A stretch of DNA of 64,000 bases, taken from the NCBI GenBank assembly GCA_050250915.1, contig JBFWNT010000018.1, forward strand, positions 6,591-70,590, written 5' to 3'. Below, one piece after another: positions 36,146-45,942 of this stretch. Every line of letters begins with the position of its first letter. Position 1 is the first letter of the stretch. The notes beneath the pieces are model-generated. The model made no database searches, was not told the origin of the DNA, and was given only the letters and a program-made list of their open reading frames with translations. Source of the stretch: Thermoleophilia bacterium. GTDB lineage: Bacteria > Actinomycetota > Thermoleophilia > Miltoncostaeales > Miltoncostaeaceae. The translations under genes and the position numbers were made by a program.

Positions 36146-37693
36146 GCACCGACAAGCTCCTGCGGATCCGCTTCCTGCCTCCGCCCCAGAGGCCGGTGCG
36201 GCCCGGCAGGCGCGCGACAGCCGGGCCGATGCGACAAGGATCGGTCACGGATCTCCATTTCAGCCCAGTGGTCTGGGCAATGGCGACCGGCCGAAGCGAT
36301 CCCGCCGGGGTGCGGGGCCAGGTGGAGATCTCAGCCCGCTGCTTGCAACTCGGCCTGATGCCTCGACTACGGGTCACGCGTGGGGCGGCTGCCCCGGCGC
36401 GTCCATGGGCCATTCCAGGCAGCCGGCTCCCTTCGGAGATCTCAGCGCGACAGCGGTGACCGCATGCAGCCTCAGGCGACAACGCGGTTAGCCACGCCGT
36501 CGCAGAGGACGTCCGAGCCATCCACACCGTCAGGGTCCGTGCCTACGGGCTCCCGGTCATGTGATCCGTCAGAGGGGGTGTCTTCCCCTCCCAGATCATC
36601 ACCGTCGCAGTCGTCCCTCGGGACGAGTGGGGGGCGGGCGATGCGGTAAAGCTGCACCTGGGCGCACTCGAGCCCGCCAATGTGTGATCGACCGAGGCCG
36701 GCTCCGTCGATGAGCTCCCTTGTTCGCACACCCTCCGCCTCCCAACAGGGGGTGGAGCGTGCTCTCTCCCTCAGCCTCACCATCGATGAGCTCAGTCCCC
36801 CGCCCCCCCCCACGGCGGCGCGCGCCCCCGGGTGCTACCCAGGCACCTGTGGCAGGAAAGGGCCCGTGTTGAGCGACGCCCGCCCTCGGAGGTGTCCGGC
36901 CGGGCGAGCGGCCCGCGGGAGCCAGGGCGACCTCCCTTGCGCCCTGCGAGGGATCCGCCCAGGCACTGTCAGGGAGGAGGCCCCGTTCCGAACCACTGGA
37001 GGAGCGTCCGGGCAGAGGCGGGCAGGCGATAGGAGCTGAGAGGTTCAAGGGCCGGCGCCTGGCGCCGAGAGGGGCGCCGGCGGGAGGGGCAGCGGCCAGC
37101 GGTGATGTTAGAGCTCCGCCGGATCCCGCTCCTGGGCTGCCGTGTCGTCGCTCAAGCGGCCGTCGACGGCGGGCTCCAGACGCGCCCGGCGAAGTAGCGC
37201 CCGCTCAGCCACGCCCCGAGTCAAGCCACGACCGCGCAGAGGGCCGAGCTCCGGATGGCGTGACTGAAGCGTCCAGATCGGGACCAGACCGCGCCGGACA
37301 CTGACCGCAGCATCCGGCCAGGGCGGCGGCATCGCCGAGTCCGCCGACTCCGTGCCACCAACCGGGGCGTGCGCCGCCGAGCGACGACGGGACAGGTCGT
37401 CGAACCAGAGGCTCACCAGACGCCCCGCAACCCGAGAGTCACGAGCATCGCAGGTGTCGGCTGAGACGAGTACGGGTCCGGCACCCGGTGGGTTGCGTCG
37501 AGAGCCGTCTGGCCGCTCCCGTGCGACGTCAGCCTCGTGCGGACGGCGATCCGCGACCTGATCGAGGGCTGGTACAACTCGCGCCCGGCGCCACTCGGCC
37601 CGAGTTCGAGGCCGAGCACCACCGCCGGCAGGAGTCGGCGGCCTAGAACCTGACCGTCAAAGCGGGCGCCCCCGTTTGATCATGTCTCGGCCG

Positions 37694-37723
37694 GGAACGC
37701 CGGCGCCGTCGGCTGCGTACAAG
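37694..37723 (+). promoter_or_regulatory. ECF-type promoter upstream of ECF sigma 1
   Basis: GGAAC-N17-CGTAC, then AAGTAG and ATG 37727 (near-leaderless). Confidence 0.5.
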
Positions 37724-37726
37724 TAG

Positions 37727-38254
37727 ATGAGCATGCGCGAGCCGACCGATAAGGACCTCGTCGAGGCGATCCTCCGCGGATCCCGAGATGCGGCGGACGT
37801 CCTCTTCGCCCGTCACTGGAGCTCGATGTGGCGGGCCGCCTACGCGATTCTCGGCCGGCGCGAGGACGCCGACGACGTTGCCCAGCGCGCCGTCGAGCGG
37901 GCGATGCGCTCGCTCGACAGCTTCCACCTCGACGGCTCGTTCAGAGCCTGGTCGCGTCGCATCGCGGTCAACCAAGCCCTCGACCTTGTCCGGCGGACAC
38001 GTCCGAGCTCACCGGTTCCGGAGCAGCTCGCCGCCCCCGACGTGTACGGGGAGGTGCTTGAGCGCCACGCTCTGGCGGCAGCGGTGGCCCGCCTGGAGGA
38101 GGACCGGCGACTGGTCATCGTCATGCGTTTCTGGCTCGACCTGACCCCCAGTGAGATCGCCGAGGATCTCGGGATCCCGCCCGGGACCGTGTCCTCGCGG
38201 CTCTCGCGTGCTCTTGAGGACCTGCGCGATCTGATGGAGGTGTCGGAGCGATGA
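37727..38254 (+). CDS. ECF RNA polymerase sigma factor 1
   Basis: DADDVAQ..SFRAWSRRIAVN (region 2); RRLVIVMRFWLDLTPSEIAEDLGIPPGTVSSRLSRA (region 4). Confidence 0.93.
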   Translation: MSMREPTDKDLVEAILRGSRDAADVLFARHWSSMWRAAYAILGRREDADDVAQRAVERAMRSLDSFHLDGSFRAWSRRIAVNQALDLVRRTRPSSPVPEQLAAPDVYGEVLERHALAAAVARLEEDRRLVIVMRFWLDLTPSEIAEDLGIPPGTVSSRLSRALEDLRDLMEVSER

Positions 38255-39900
38255 GCGAACTGGAGGCCCGGCTTCGCGCCATCGCGGCCCACCTTCCCGA
38301 GCCCGATGCGGCGGTGAGTGAGGCCGCCCGGACGGTGATGCACCGGGCACTCGACGAGGCGCCCTGGCGCGCGCCTGGCCGGCGGCGGTTGTCCTGGCGA
38401 CGCACACGGCCCTTCCTGCTCGCGACGGGGGTCCTGCTGGTGATCGCGGCCGGGGCGCTCGCCGCGCGTGGTTGGAGCATCCGCGATCTGCCGCCCTTCG
38501 GCCAGGGGGATCAGGCCGCGTTCGTCCTGCCGACCACCGACGTCCTACCCGGCGGGTACCCCCGGACCCGGCCGCCGCGCTACGCGGACCTTGCGAGGCG
38601 GCCCTCGATCGTCTTCCCTGCCGGCATCGGGTATACGCAGGCGCTTGAGGCATACGCCGCGGCGCGTGGGAAGGGCGAGGTCCTGCCGCAGGGTGCCGTC
38701 CTCAGCGATCCTCTCCCGTTCGGGAAGGTGGTTCAGGTCCGCGACGACGGTCGTGTGGCCCTCGACCCGGCCGCGCCTTTCGGGTGGTCGCCTGTGAGTG
38801 GCCTCGTGATCGCGCTCGCCGGGCGCTACCGGGGCGAGCCCGTCGCCATCCCCCGCTGCGAGCTGCTCATCGGCGCGAGCGACCCTGATTCGCCTGCGTG
38901 TGACGCCCCGGGGCGGCGGACCTATGTGCGTGAGGGCGTGGATGGGCGCTGGCTGCCATCTCCCAACGAGGAGGGCCTCGACAATCCCCTTGTGTCGGCC
39001 AGCACCGCCCTCGCGGTCATCGATCACCCGACGACCCCAGCCGTAAAGCTCGCCCCGATGACGGTGCCGACCCCGGGTGGCGCCGTGCGCACGGTCCCGC
39101 TCCAGGGCCGGCTCGCGTTGGAGGACGACGGGCAACGACTCATCGTCGCCACGTACCCCGGTGGCGGCCTGTGCTTCATCGATGAGTCGCCGCAGGGAGC
39201 GGGACGGACCTGCGGGCCTCGCAGCAGCTTCCTCTCGCGCGGCGCGATGTTCAGCGGCGCGCGCTTCAGCTCCGGCCCACAGCACCTGTCGGGTCTCGTG
39301 GGTGACGGGATCACCGAGGTCACGACCGACGATGGCCGGCGCGTCCGGGTGACCAACAACGCCTTCCTCATCTCAGACAGCGACGGCGTCCAGCGCCTCA
39401 CCTTCAGCGGTCCCGTGGGCCGTTTCTCCCTACCGGTGTCCCAGGTCGCGGCCGAGCCGCGCCGCTTCACACCCAACCGCTCACGGGAGCGCGAGCTCGT
39501 CGGGGTCGATCTGCGAGATGGTGGCCACGCGTCAGTCCGGGTGGCGCCGAACCGCGGCGGCGGACGGTGCTGGTGGGTCTATGTGAACGGCCACGTGCGC
39601 AGCACGGCGTGCAGCCGCCCCGGCGATCAGCCGCTCTCCTATGACCAGGTGACCGGGAGCTTCATCCGCCGCATCGACCGGGTGCCAGACCTCTTCCAGG
39701 GTTGGTTTGCGCGCGAGGTCGGCTCGGTCGAGATCGGCTACGCCGACGGCGACACCGTCCGGCTCACCCCCACGGAGGGCTTCGTGCTCTTCGAGGTCCC
39801 CGCCGGTCACCTGGCACCCGAGCGGCGGGCGACGACGATCACCACCTACGACCGTGAGGGAGTCGCCCTCGCAAGGAGCAACGTGCCGTTCCGGGGATAG
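38251..39900 (+). CDS. single-pass anti-sigma-like protein 1 (modules A-B-C)
   Basis: ATGA overlap with the sigma; short N-terminus, TM helix, large extracytoplasmic region. Confidence 0.8.
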   Translation: MSELEARLRAIAAHLPEPDAAVSEAARTVMHRALDEAPWRAPGRRRLSWRRTRPFLLATGVLLVIAAGALAARGWSIRDLPPFGQGDQAAFVLPTTDVLPGGYPRTRPPRYADLARRPSIVFPAGIGYTQALEAYAAARGKGEVLPQGAVLSDPLPFGKVVQVRDDGRVALDPAAPFGWSPVSGLVIALAGRYRGEPVAIPRCELLIGASDPDSPACDAPGRRTYVREGVDGRWLPSPNEEGLDNPLVSASTALAVIDHPTTPAVKLAPMTVPTPGGAVRTVPLQGRLALEDDGQRLIVATYPGGGLCFIDESPQGAGRTCGPRSSFLSRGAMFSGARFSSGPQHLSGLVGDGITEVTTDDGRRVRVTNNAFLISDSDGVQRLTFSGPVGRFSLPVSQVAAEPRRFTPNRSRERELVGVDLRDGGHASVRVAPNRGGGRCWWVYVNGHVRSTACSRPGDQPLSYDQVTGSFIRRIDRVPDLFQGWFAREVGSVEIGYADGDTVRLTPTEGFVLFEVPAGHLAPERRATTITTYDREGVALARSNVPFRG

Positions 39901-39908
39901 GCCCCTGG

Positions 39909-39935
39909 GCAAGCCTGGTGTCGTGATCGTCGTGT
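39909..39935 (+). promoter_or_regulatory. possible ECF-type promoter upstream of ECF sigma 2
   Basis: GCAAG-N17-CGTGT, same geometry as the sigma 1 site. Confidence 0.35.
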
Positions 39936-39954
39936 TGCCGGACACAGGACGGGT

Positions 39955-40485
39955 ATGGAGCGCGAGCGGGCGGGGGACCTGACCAGGCAGCGATTCGAGG
40001 CGCTCTTCGACGCCCATGAGCGGGCGGTGCTCGCCTATGCCCTGCGACGCCTCGCCAGGCGGGCCGACGCCGACGATGTCGTATCGGAGACCTTCGCTAT
40101 CGCCTGGCGGCGGCTGAATGAGGTCCCCCCCGAGCCTCTTCCCTGGCTGCTCGCCACGGCCCGGAGGATTGTGGCGAACCAGAATCGCGGGGAGCGGCGG
40201 CGCGAGGCGCTGAGGACGATCGTCGAGCGGGAGCGGCCACCGGGACCGCCCGAGGAGCGCGGGCTGCTCGACGCCCTCGCCTCCCTGCGGGAGAAGGACC
40301 GGGAGTCGCTGCTTCTCGTGGCGTGGGAGGGACTCAGCTACGCCGACGCCGCACGCGTCATGGACTGCTCGGTGGCGGCGTTCGCGGCCCGCCACACCCG
40401 TGCCCGCACGCGGCTGGCATCAGCTCTCGAGGCGACGCCGCCCGCCCTTCAGTCGGCCATCCGAGCAGAGGAGCTGGGATCGTGA
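39955..40485 (+). CDS. ECF RNA polymerase sigma factor 2
   Basis: ADDVVSETFAIAWRR..LPWLLATAR; DRESLLLVAWEGLSYADAARVMDCS..RAR. Confidence 0.93.
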   Translation: MERERAGDLTRQRFEALFDAHERAVLAYALRRLARRADADDVVSETFAIAWRRLNEVPPEPLPWLLATARRIVANQNRGERRREALRTIVERERPPGPPEERGLLDALASLREKDRESLLLVAWEGLSYADAARVMDCSVAAFAARHTRARTRLASALEATPPALQSAIRAEELGS

Positions 40486-41702
40486 ACCGCGAAGGTCGCA
40501 TCCTCGAGGCACTCTCGCGGCTCAACCCGATCCCCCAGTCCGACACGCTCAATCCGTCCGGCAATCGGGCCGAGCGGCTCGCCCGGGCCATGGCGGGCGG
40601 CCATGCCGCCGTGTCGCACCGCTCGCGGCGGTACCGGCGAGCGGGGGTCATCGGCGTGCTGGCCGCCGCCCTCGTCGCCGTCGGGGTCGCCGGGGCCATC
40701 TCATGGAGCCGATCCGATCTCCCCAGCCAAGGCGAGGGCGACTACGCGTTCTCTGCAGCCGTCGTCGAGCGGCTCCCCGAGGGCTTCAACCGCGTGCGGC
40801 CAGCCCTGATCCAGGAGCTCCCACCGGACCGGCCTGCCCTCCTCTTCCCGCACGGCGTCTCGTATCCGGAGGCGATCCACAGCTACTACCTCGCTCGCGA
40901 GCGCCGCGAGCAGATCCCCGCCAATGTCACCCTCACTGCCCCCCTTCCCACTGGCATCGCCGTGTCCGTCGGACGCGACAGGCGGGTCGCGATCGACCCA
41001 GCGGCTCCGCTGGGCTGGGACCCCCGTACGCACTTGATCGCGACGGCGTTCCGGGGTGTCGGCCTACAGATCCCGCGGCTGGTGCTGCCCCGCTGCCAGG
41101 TTCTCCTCCCCGATCAGGACGCCGCCCCCGCCGACTGCTCGGGCACGCAGGGCCGCGAATACATCACCGCCGACGGACGGCGTTGGCTGGCGGGACTGAA
41201 CGGGGTCCGAAGCCCCGACTCGCCGCGCCTGGTGGGCAGCACCGATCTCTCGGTGCTGGAGCGCCCAGCCCGGGCTGCGGACACCCTTCCGCCACGGATC
41301 CGCGCCGGACTCGCCGACCGCGACCACACCTTCGGCGGGCCGGCACAAGGTGGCGATCTCGACCTGGAGGCGGCCCGACACGTCTCGACCGGCGGCACGA
41401 ACGCCTACGTCGTGCCGAGTCGCGACGGTGAACGCGTCTGCCTGTGGACGGACGCCGCCGCCGGTGGAGCGGCGGGCACCTGCAACCCGCGGACGGTCCT
41501 GATCACCTTCGGGGCCATCCCGCTGATCACCAACCACCGGTACTCGGGTCTCGTCGGCGACGGCTACGACACGGTCACCGTCGGCGACAAGCGCTACCCG
41601 ATCCGCGACAACGTCTTCTCCGTGCCCCTGCCGCCGAACACCGGCACGATCACCCTCTCCGGCGCGCTCGGGACACACCGCCTGTCCACGTTCGGGAGGT
41701 GA
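40482..41702 (+). CDS. single-pass anti-sigma-like protein 2 (modules A-B)
   Basis: GTGA overlap; TM GVIGVLAAALVAVGVAGAISW; clear similarity to protein 1 (FPxG..Y..A..A(L/I)DPAAP.GW). Confidence 0.8.
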   Translation: MNREGRILEALSRLNPIPQSDTLNPSGNRAERLARAMAGGHAAVSHRSRRYRRAGVIGVLAAALVAVGVAGAISWSRSDLPSQGEGDYAFSAAVVERLPEGFNRVRPALIQELPPDRPALLFPHGVSYPEAIHSYYLARERREQIPANVTLTAPLPTGIAVSVGRDRRVAIDPAAPLGWDPRTHLIATAFRGVGLQIPRLVLPRCQVLLPDQDAAPADCSGTQGREYITADGRRWLAGLNGVRSPDSPRLVGSTDLSVLERPARAADTLPPRIRAGLADRDHTFGGPAQGGDLDLEAARHVSTGGTNAYVVPSRDGERVCLWTDAAAGGAAGTCNPRTVLITFGAIPLITNHRYSGLVGDGYDTVTVGDKRYPIRDNVFSVPLPPNTGTITLSGALGTHRLSTFGR

Positions 41703-42020
41703 TGGCGAGGTCAGGCCGGCGCGACAGCGGTTCACGAGAGGCCGCGCACCGCCCGATCCAGCTCACCATTCAGGGCGCGCCAGCCCGCACCGGCCCGAGG
41801 CTCCCTATCGAGGCACTCGCCGATCATCCTCGAACTCCGAGCGAGCCACTCCCGCATCGCCGGGTGATCATCGGAGAAGTCGGGGCTTTGGAGCTCGGCG
41901 CCGGGGTCCTTTCGTGCAACCGCGATCGCGACGGCGTATGTCCTCTGGCGCTCCGCCCCGACCGGCCGGCGAACGCAAGCGGTCCCGCGCCCTCTGCTCC
42001 TGGCCGAACGCGTCCCGTGC

Positions 42021-43439
42021 TCAGCCCTCGATCACCCTCCGGTCGGGCGGCGGGAGAGTGGCCGTGTACCCACCGAATACGAACTCTCGTGAACCGGCGG
42101 GGCCGGTGACCTCGAGCCGGGTACCGAGTCGCAGCCGCTCGAGCACGATCAGGTTGTCCTGCACGGCCAGTTCCCTCGCGCCGGCGTGGAGTTTCGAGTA
42201 GCCGTCGGGGACGAGGACGGCGACGGTCGCCGTCTCGTCCGAACCGAGACGCAGGACGGACACGCCGAGCGAGGTCCGAAGGGTCTTCGCCGGAGGACAG
42301 AAGCTCCCCGCGGCGCCTCCGGGACCGAAGCGGAAGCTCCTCGCCCGCTCGCCCTTGATCGGAGCGCCCTCGGTCACGTCGATCAGGCAGACGGTCGGCG
42401 GCGCGGCCGGGAAGGGACGCGCGGTGGTGACATAGAAACTGCGCCCGAGGCGGGTTCCGAGGAGTCGCGCGCTCGCGGGGCGGATGTGCTGGGGACCCGA
42501 GGCCCGAAGCCCGGCCGGCAGGACATCGGACGGCCCGGCCGGACGGCCGAGGACCGAGAAGAGGGTCGCGACCGGCGCAGGCGGGCCGCTGGTGGAGCCG
42601 CATTGCGGCGGACCGTTCCATTCCCAGCCGCCCAGGTCGAAGCCGCGGGACCCGAGCGGCACGCGCTCGAGGTCGTGGCCTTCGGCGTCACGCAGGAGCA
42701 GTTCGGCCGGCGGCGTGAGGCCGTACCGGCAGGACTGCGGCGGCACGACCACGAGCAGGCTGCGGTTGCCGACGAACGCCGGCATCCGCCTCCCGTCGGC
42801 GTAGACGATCTCGGCCGAGGCCACCCGCGCCGACACGGCCCCCCGGAGCACGCTCGGGGTCGTTCCCGGGTTGATCGTGGATGACCCGCAGAGCAGCACG
42901 TCGCCGGCGGCGGCCGCGGATGCCGCGGGGGCGCTCGCGCCCGGCGGCAGAACCGGATCGAACGCAAGGCAGGCGCCGCCACCGGCGAACCCGCCCGAGG
43001 GATCCTGGAGCAGGTCGACGGTGCGACCGGCCCGGTCGGTCCCCCGCCAGTAGGTGAACCGGCCCCACGGAGTGTCGGCGACGACCAGGCGCGCCGCCGG
43101 CGCCGTTGGGGGGCGAGGCTGCGAGGTGGTGCCGCGGGGCGAGTTCGCCGCGGTGTCCCCGCCGGCCAGCAGGAACGCGCGCGCAACATCCGGCGGCGGA
43201 GTCTCGGTGAACAGGCCGAGCCTGGCGCTGGCGAGTGCCGCACCCGCCGCGACGAGGGCGATCGCGACCCCCGCCACGAACCAGCGCCGGCGGCGCCGGC
43301 GCGGAGGCGGGGCCGCCTGCGGAGGACGGCTCGGCGCGCCGCCGAGGACCGCCTCCGCGATCTGGGCCGTGCGCTCCGGGTCCGTTCGGTGCAGGCCCTC
43401 GCGAGCGTCAGAGAGCCGGCGGTCGAGATCGTTGCTCAT
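42021..43439 (-). CDS. single-pass anti-sigma-like protein 3 (modules C-B)
   Basis: ATGA overlap with sigma 3; MSNDLDRRL.., TM WFVAGVAIALVAAGAALA. Confidence 0.8.
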   Translation of the reverse strand: MSNDLDRRLSDAREGLHRTDPERTAQIAEAVLGGAPSRPPQAAPPPRRRRRRWFVAGVAIALVAAGAALASARLGLFTETPPPDVARAFLLAGGDTAANSPRGTTSQPRPPTAPAARLVVADTPWGRFTYWRGTDRAGRTVDLLQDPSGGFAGGGACLAFDPVLPPGASAPAASAAAAGDVLLCGSSTINPGTTPSVLRGAVSARVASAEIVYADGRRMPAFVGNRSLLVVVPPQSCRYGLTPPAELLLRDAEGHDLERVPLGSRGFDLGGWEWNGPPQCGSTSGPPAPVATLFSVLGRPAGPSDVLPAGLRASGPQHIRPASARLLGTRLGRSFYVTTARPFPAAPPTVCLIDVTEGAPIKGERARSFRFGPGGAAGSFCPPAKTLRTSLGVSVLRLGSDETATVAVLVPDGYSKLHAGARELAVQDNLIVLERLRLGTRLEVTGPAGSREFVFGGYTATLPPPDRRVIEG

Positions 43440-43963
43440 CGCGGAACCTCCAGGGACTTGCGCAACTCGGCCCGTGCACGTCCGAGACGGGAGTGGACGG
43501 TTCCCACCGGGATCTGAAGCATCCGGGCGATCTCCATCGGCTCGAAGTCGAGCCAGTACCGCAGCACGAGGACGACCCTGCGTTCATCTCCGAGCGCGGC
43601 CACATGGCCGAGCAGGTCCTCGTGCGGCGAACCGGACTCGGCCCAGTCGAGCTCCGGGGTGGCGTCCGTCACGGGAGCGCTCAGACGCTCCGCACGGAGG
43701 AGGTCGAGCGCCTTATTCACGGCGATCCGCCGAAGCCAGGGCCGAAACGGCCGGTCCTGGTCGAAGCTCCCGAGCGCGCCGAGCGCTGCGATGAACGCGT
43801 CCGAGGCGGCGTCCTCCGCCTGGGCTCGACGGCCGATGACCGAGAGGGCCGCCTCATAGGCGACGTCCCAGTGGCGGTTGAAGAGCACCGCCGAAGCGTC
43901 CGAGGAGCCCGCCAGGATCTCGCGTACGAGCTGGCCGTCGCTGTTCTGGTCGCCCGCCATCAC
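43436..43963 (-). CDS. ECF RNA polymerase sigma factor 3
   Basis: AEDAASDAF..PFRPWLRRIAVNKALD; RVVLVLRYWLDFEPMEIARMLQIPVGTVHSRLGRAR. Confidence 0.93.
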   Translation of the reverse strand: MMAGDQNSDGQLVREILAGSSDASAVLFNRHWDVAYEAALSVIGRRAQAEDAASDAFIAALGALGSFDQDRPFRPWLRRIAVNKALDLLRAERLSAPVTDATPELDWAESGSPHEDLLGHVAALGDERRVVLVLRYWLDFEPMEIARMLQIPVGTVHSRLGRARAELRKSLEVPR

Positions 43964-44038
43964 CCTTGTACGAGCGTGCGTGCCCTTCCCTACCCGTCCG
44001 GATCGGACGTGCCGGGCAGATCCCCCTAGGATCCCGGT

Positions 44039-44446
44039 GTGGAACGTTCGCCGTCTGAAAGCAAACGCCTGGCTGCGCTCGTGCGGTGTGCTGTCGCGCT
44101 TGCGGTCGTGGCCGGACTGACCGGCGTGGCCGGATGCTCGAGCGGAGGCTCGAACGAGACCGTCCAGGTCCCCGACCTCATCGGCCTGACCCCGGATGCC
44201 GCGGTCGGACGGATGTGCGACGCCGGACTGGTGCCGGGCGGCGTGAAGGCCGCGGAAACGGGCGCTCGGCCGCAGGGCACTACGCGAAACCGCCAGGCGC
44301 CCCTCACGGTGACGGTCACAGCGAGTTCACCCGCCGCGGGGACCCGCGTGGAGGCGGGCAGCAAGGTCAGCATCACCTTCCGCACATCGACGAGGGCATC
44401 GGTCGTCATCGCCGTCCCAGTGGTCTGCGAGCTCGTCGAGGGGTAG
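44039..44446 (+). CDS. PASTA-domain lipoprotein
   Basis: Lipobox VAGC; VQVPDLIGLTPDAA..; GTRVEAGSKVSI. Confidence 0.7.
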   Translation: MERSPSESKRLAALVRCAVALAVVAGLTGVAGCSSGGSNETVQVPDLIGLTPDAAVGRMCDAGLVPGGVKAAETGARPQGTTRNRQAPLTVTVTASSPAAGTRVEAGSKVSITFRTSTRASVVIAVPVVCELVEG

Positions 44447-44578
44447 CCGAGGGGGACCCGTCGCCGCGTCGCTTCAGGCGGCACGTGCAGCGCTACGCGC
44501 CCCAGGACCTGGATATCTACTGGACCCTCGACCGCCCGGACGAGGGCGCGAGTCATTGGACCTGCAAGGTTTCGGGAC

Positions 44579-45148
44579 GTGTCCGGCACCTATACCTCGA
44601 TGGCCTTTCCAGCAACGGCAGGTGCGACGAGCGGAACCGGCCTGCCGGAGGATCCCGCGACCCGAGCCGGGCGGATCGCCATGCCGATCGCCGTCGCCGC
44701 GCTGCGCGACCAGGACCGGGCCGCAGACGTCGCCCAGGACGTGGTGGTCGATGTGCTGCGCGGGCTTCCCCGGCTGAAGGATCCCGCCGCCTTCGACGCC
44801 TGGGCGCGCCGGATCGCCGTGCGGCACGTCACGCGGGCGGCCCGAAGGCGCGCCCGGCGCCACCGCAGCGAGCAGCCGCTGGAGCCCGACCTGGCGGCGG
44901 GCGCGGCGGACGCCGAGGAGGCCACGCTCCTTCGGATGAGCGTCGATACGGCGCTGGCGGCCCTGCCCGTCCGCCAGCGGCTGGCCGTGATCCTGCGCTA
45001 CCTGCACGATCTGAGCGACGTGGAGGTGGCCGAGGCCCTCGGATGCCGGGTGGGCACGGCGGCCTCGCTCCTGTCGCGGGCACGGGCGACCCTGCGCGTG
45101 GACCCCGGCATCCGCGCCATCTCGGGCCACTCCGAGGAGAACCTGTGA
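44579..45148 (+). CDS. ECF RNA polymerase sigma factor 4
   Basis: AADVAQDVV..LKDPAAFDAWARRIAV; QRLAVILRYLHDLSDVEVAEALGCRVGTAASLLSRAR; start may be 44599. Confidence 0.9.
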   Translation: MSGTYTSMAFPATAGATSGTGLPEDPATRAGRIAMPIAVAALRDQDRAADVAQDVVVDVLRGLPRLKDPAAFDAWARRIAVRHVTRAARRRARRHRSEQPLEPDLAAGAADAEEATLLRMSVDTALAALPVRQRLAVILRYLHDLSDVEVAEALGCRVGTAASLLSRARATLRVDPGIRAISGHSEENL

Positions 45149-45894
45149 GCAGTCTTGACGACGCCATTCGCGCCGGCCTCGCCCCCCATCGAGGCCTCGG
45201 CCTGGACGACGCCCGCCTGCGCGCGGCACGCGCGCAGGCGGCGGCCGGGGGTCCGACGCGCGCCCGCTGGGTCCGGGTCGCCGGCGCCGTCGTGGCGCTC
45301 GCGGGCCTGGGCGGTCTGGTGGCGGTCCTCGCGGTCCTCGCTCTGAGGACCCCTCACACGGAGACGACGCCGCCCGCCGAGGCGCCGAGCACCCGTCCCG
45401 TGACCACCTACCCGGACACGGCCGCAGGCCGGCGCGGCGTGACGCGCCTTTTCCGCCAGATGTCCAGGCCCGGCGAGGGGCGCCAGGTTCGAGTCGCGAC
45501 GATCGACGCGGGCCTGAACGTGGAGACACCGCGAGGCACTTTCACCGTCTGGTCCGCCCGGACCGACAGACCAGGGTTCGTCGCGACGGTGGTCTCCTCG
45601 CCCCGGTTCGGCCCCTTCGCCGCGTGGGTCAAGCAACGCGGAGCGAAGACGCCGGCGCTGACCCTCGTCGGGCTCCAGTGGTCGCCGGCGCAGGGAGCCC
45701 GGGAGGCCTACGGGACGACCGCACCGTCCGTGGCGCGGGTCGTCGCGAACCTCCGCAACGGCACGCGGGCTGAGGCGATGACCGGGAACGGCTGGTTCGT
45801 CTTCACCCAGGACTTCGGGCACTCCGCGCCGGCGCGCTTCATGGCGCTGGATTCGAAGGGTAGGCGCCTCGGCGAAGACCTCGTCGTGCGCTAG
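45145..45894 (+). CDS. single-pass anti-sigma-like protein 4 (module C)
   Basis: GTGA overlap; VSSLDDAIRAGL.., TM helix, YGTTAPSVARVVANLRNG..GNGWFVF. Confidence 0.78.
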   Translation: MSSLDDAIRAGLAPHRGLGLDDARLRAARAQAAAGGPTRARWVRVAGAVVALAGLGGLVAVLAVLALRTPHTETTPPAEAPSTRPVTTYPDTAAGRRGVTRLFRQMSRPGEGRQVRVATIDAGLNVETPRGTFTVWSARTDRPGFVATVVSSPRFGPFAAWVKQRGAKTPALTLVGLQWSPAQGAREAYGTTAPSVARVVANLRNGTRAEAMTGNGWFVFTQDFGHSAPARFMALDSKGRRLGEDLVVR

Positions 45895-45942
45895 GCGAAG
45901 CGACCGTGGCCCCGTTCCCCTCAACGACGCGGCGTGTGGGGA

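Noticed and set aside
36146-37640. Several short ORFs in a ~1.5-kb gap
   Set aside because: No motif, RBS or consistent codon bias. Probably decayed DNA; I cannot support any gene or RNA call.
41730-42020. Coding-looking minus-strand stretch (..RTYAVAIAVARKDPG..) downstream of anti-sigma 3
   Set aside because: No start codon or RBS in frame; at most a gene remnant.
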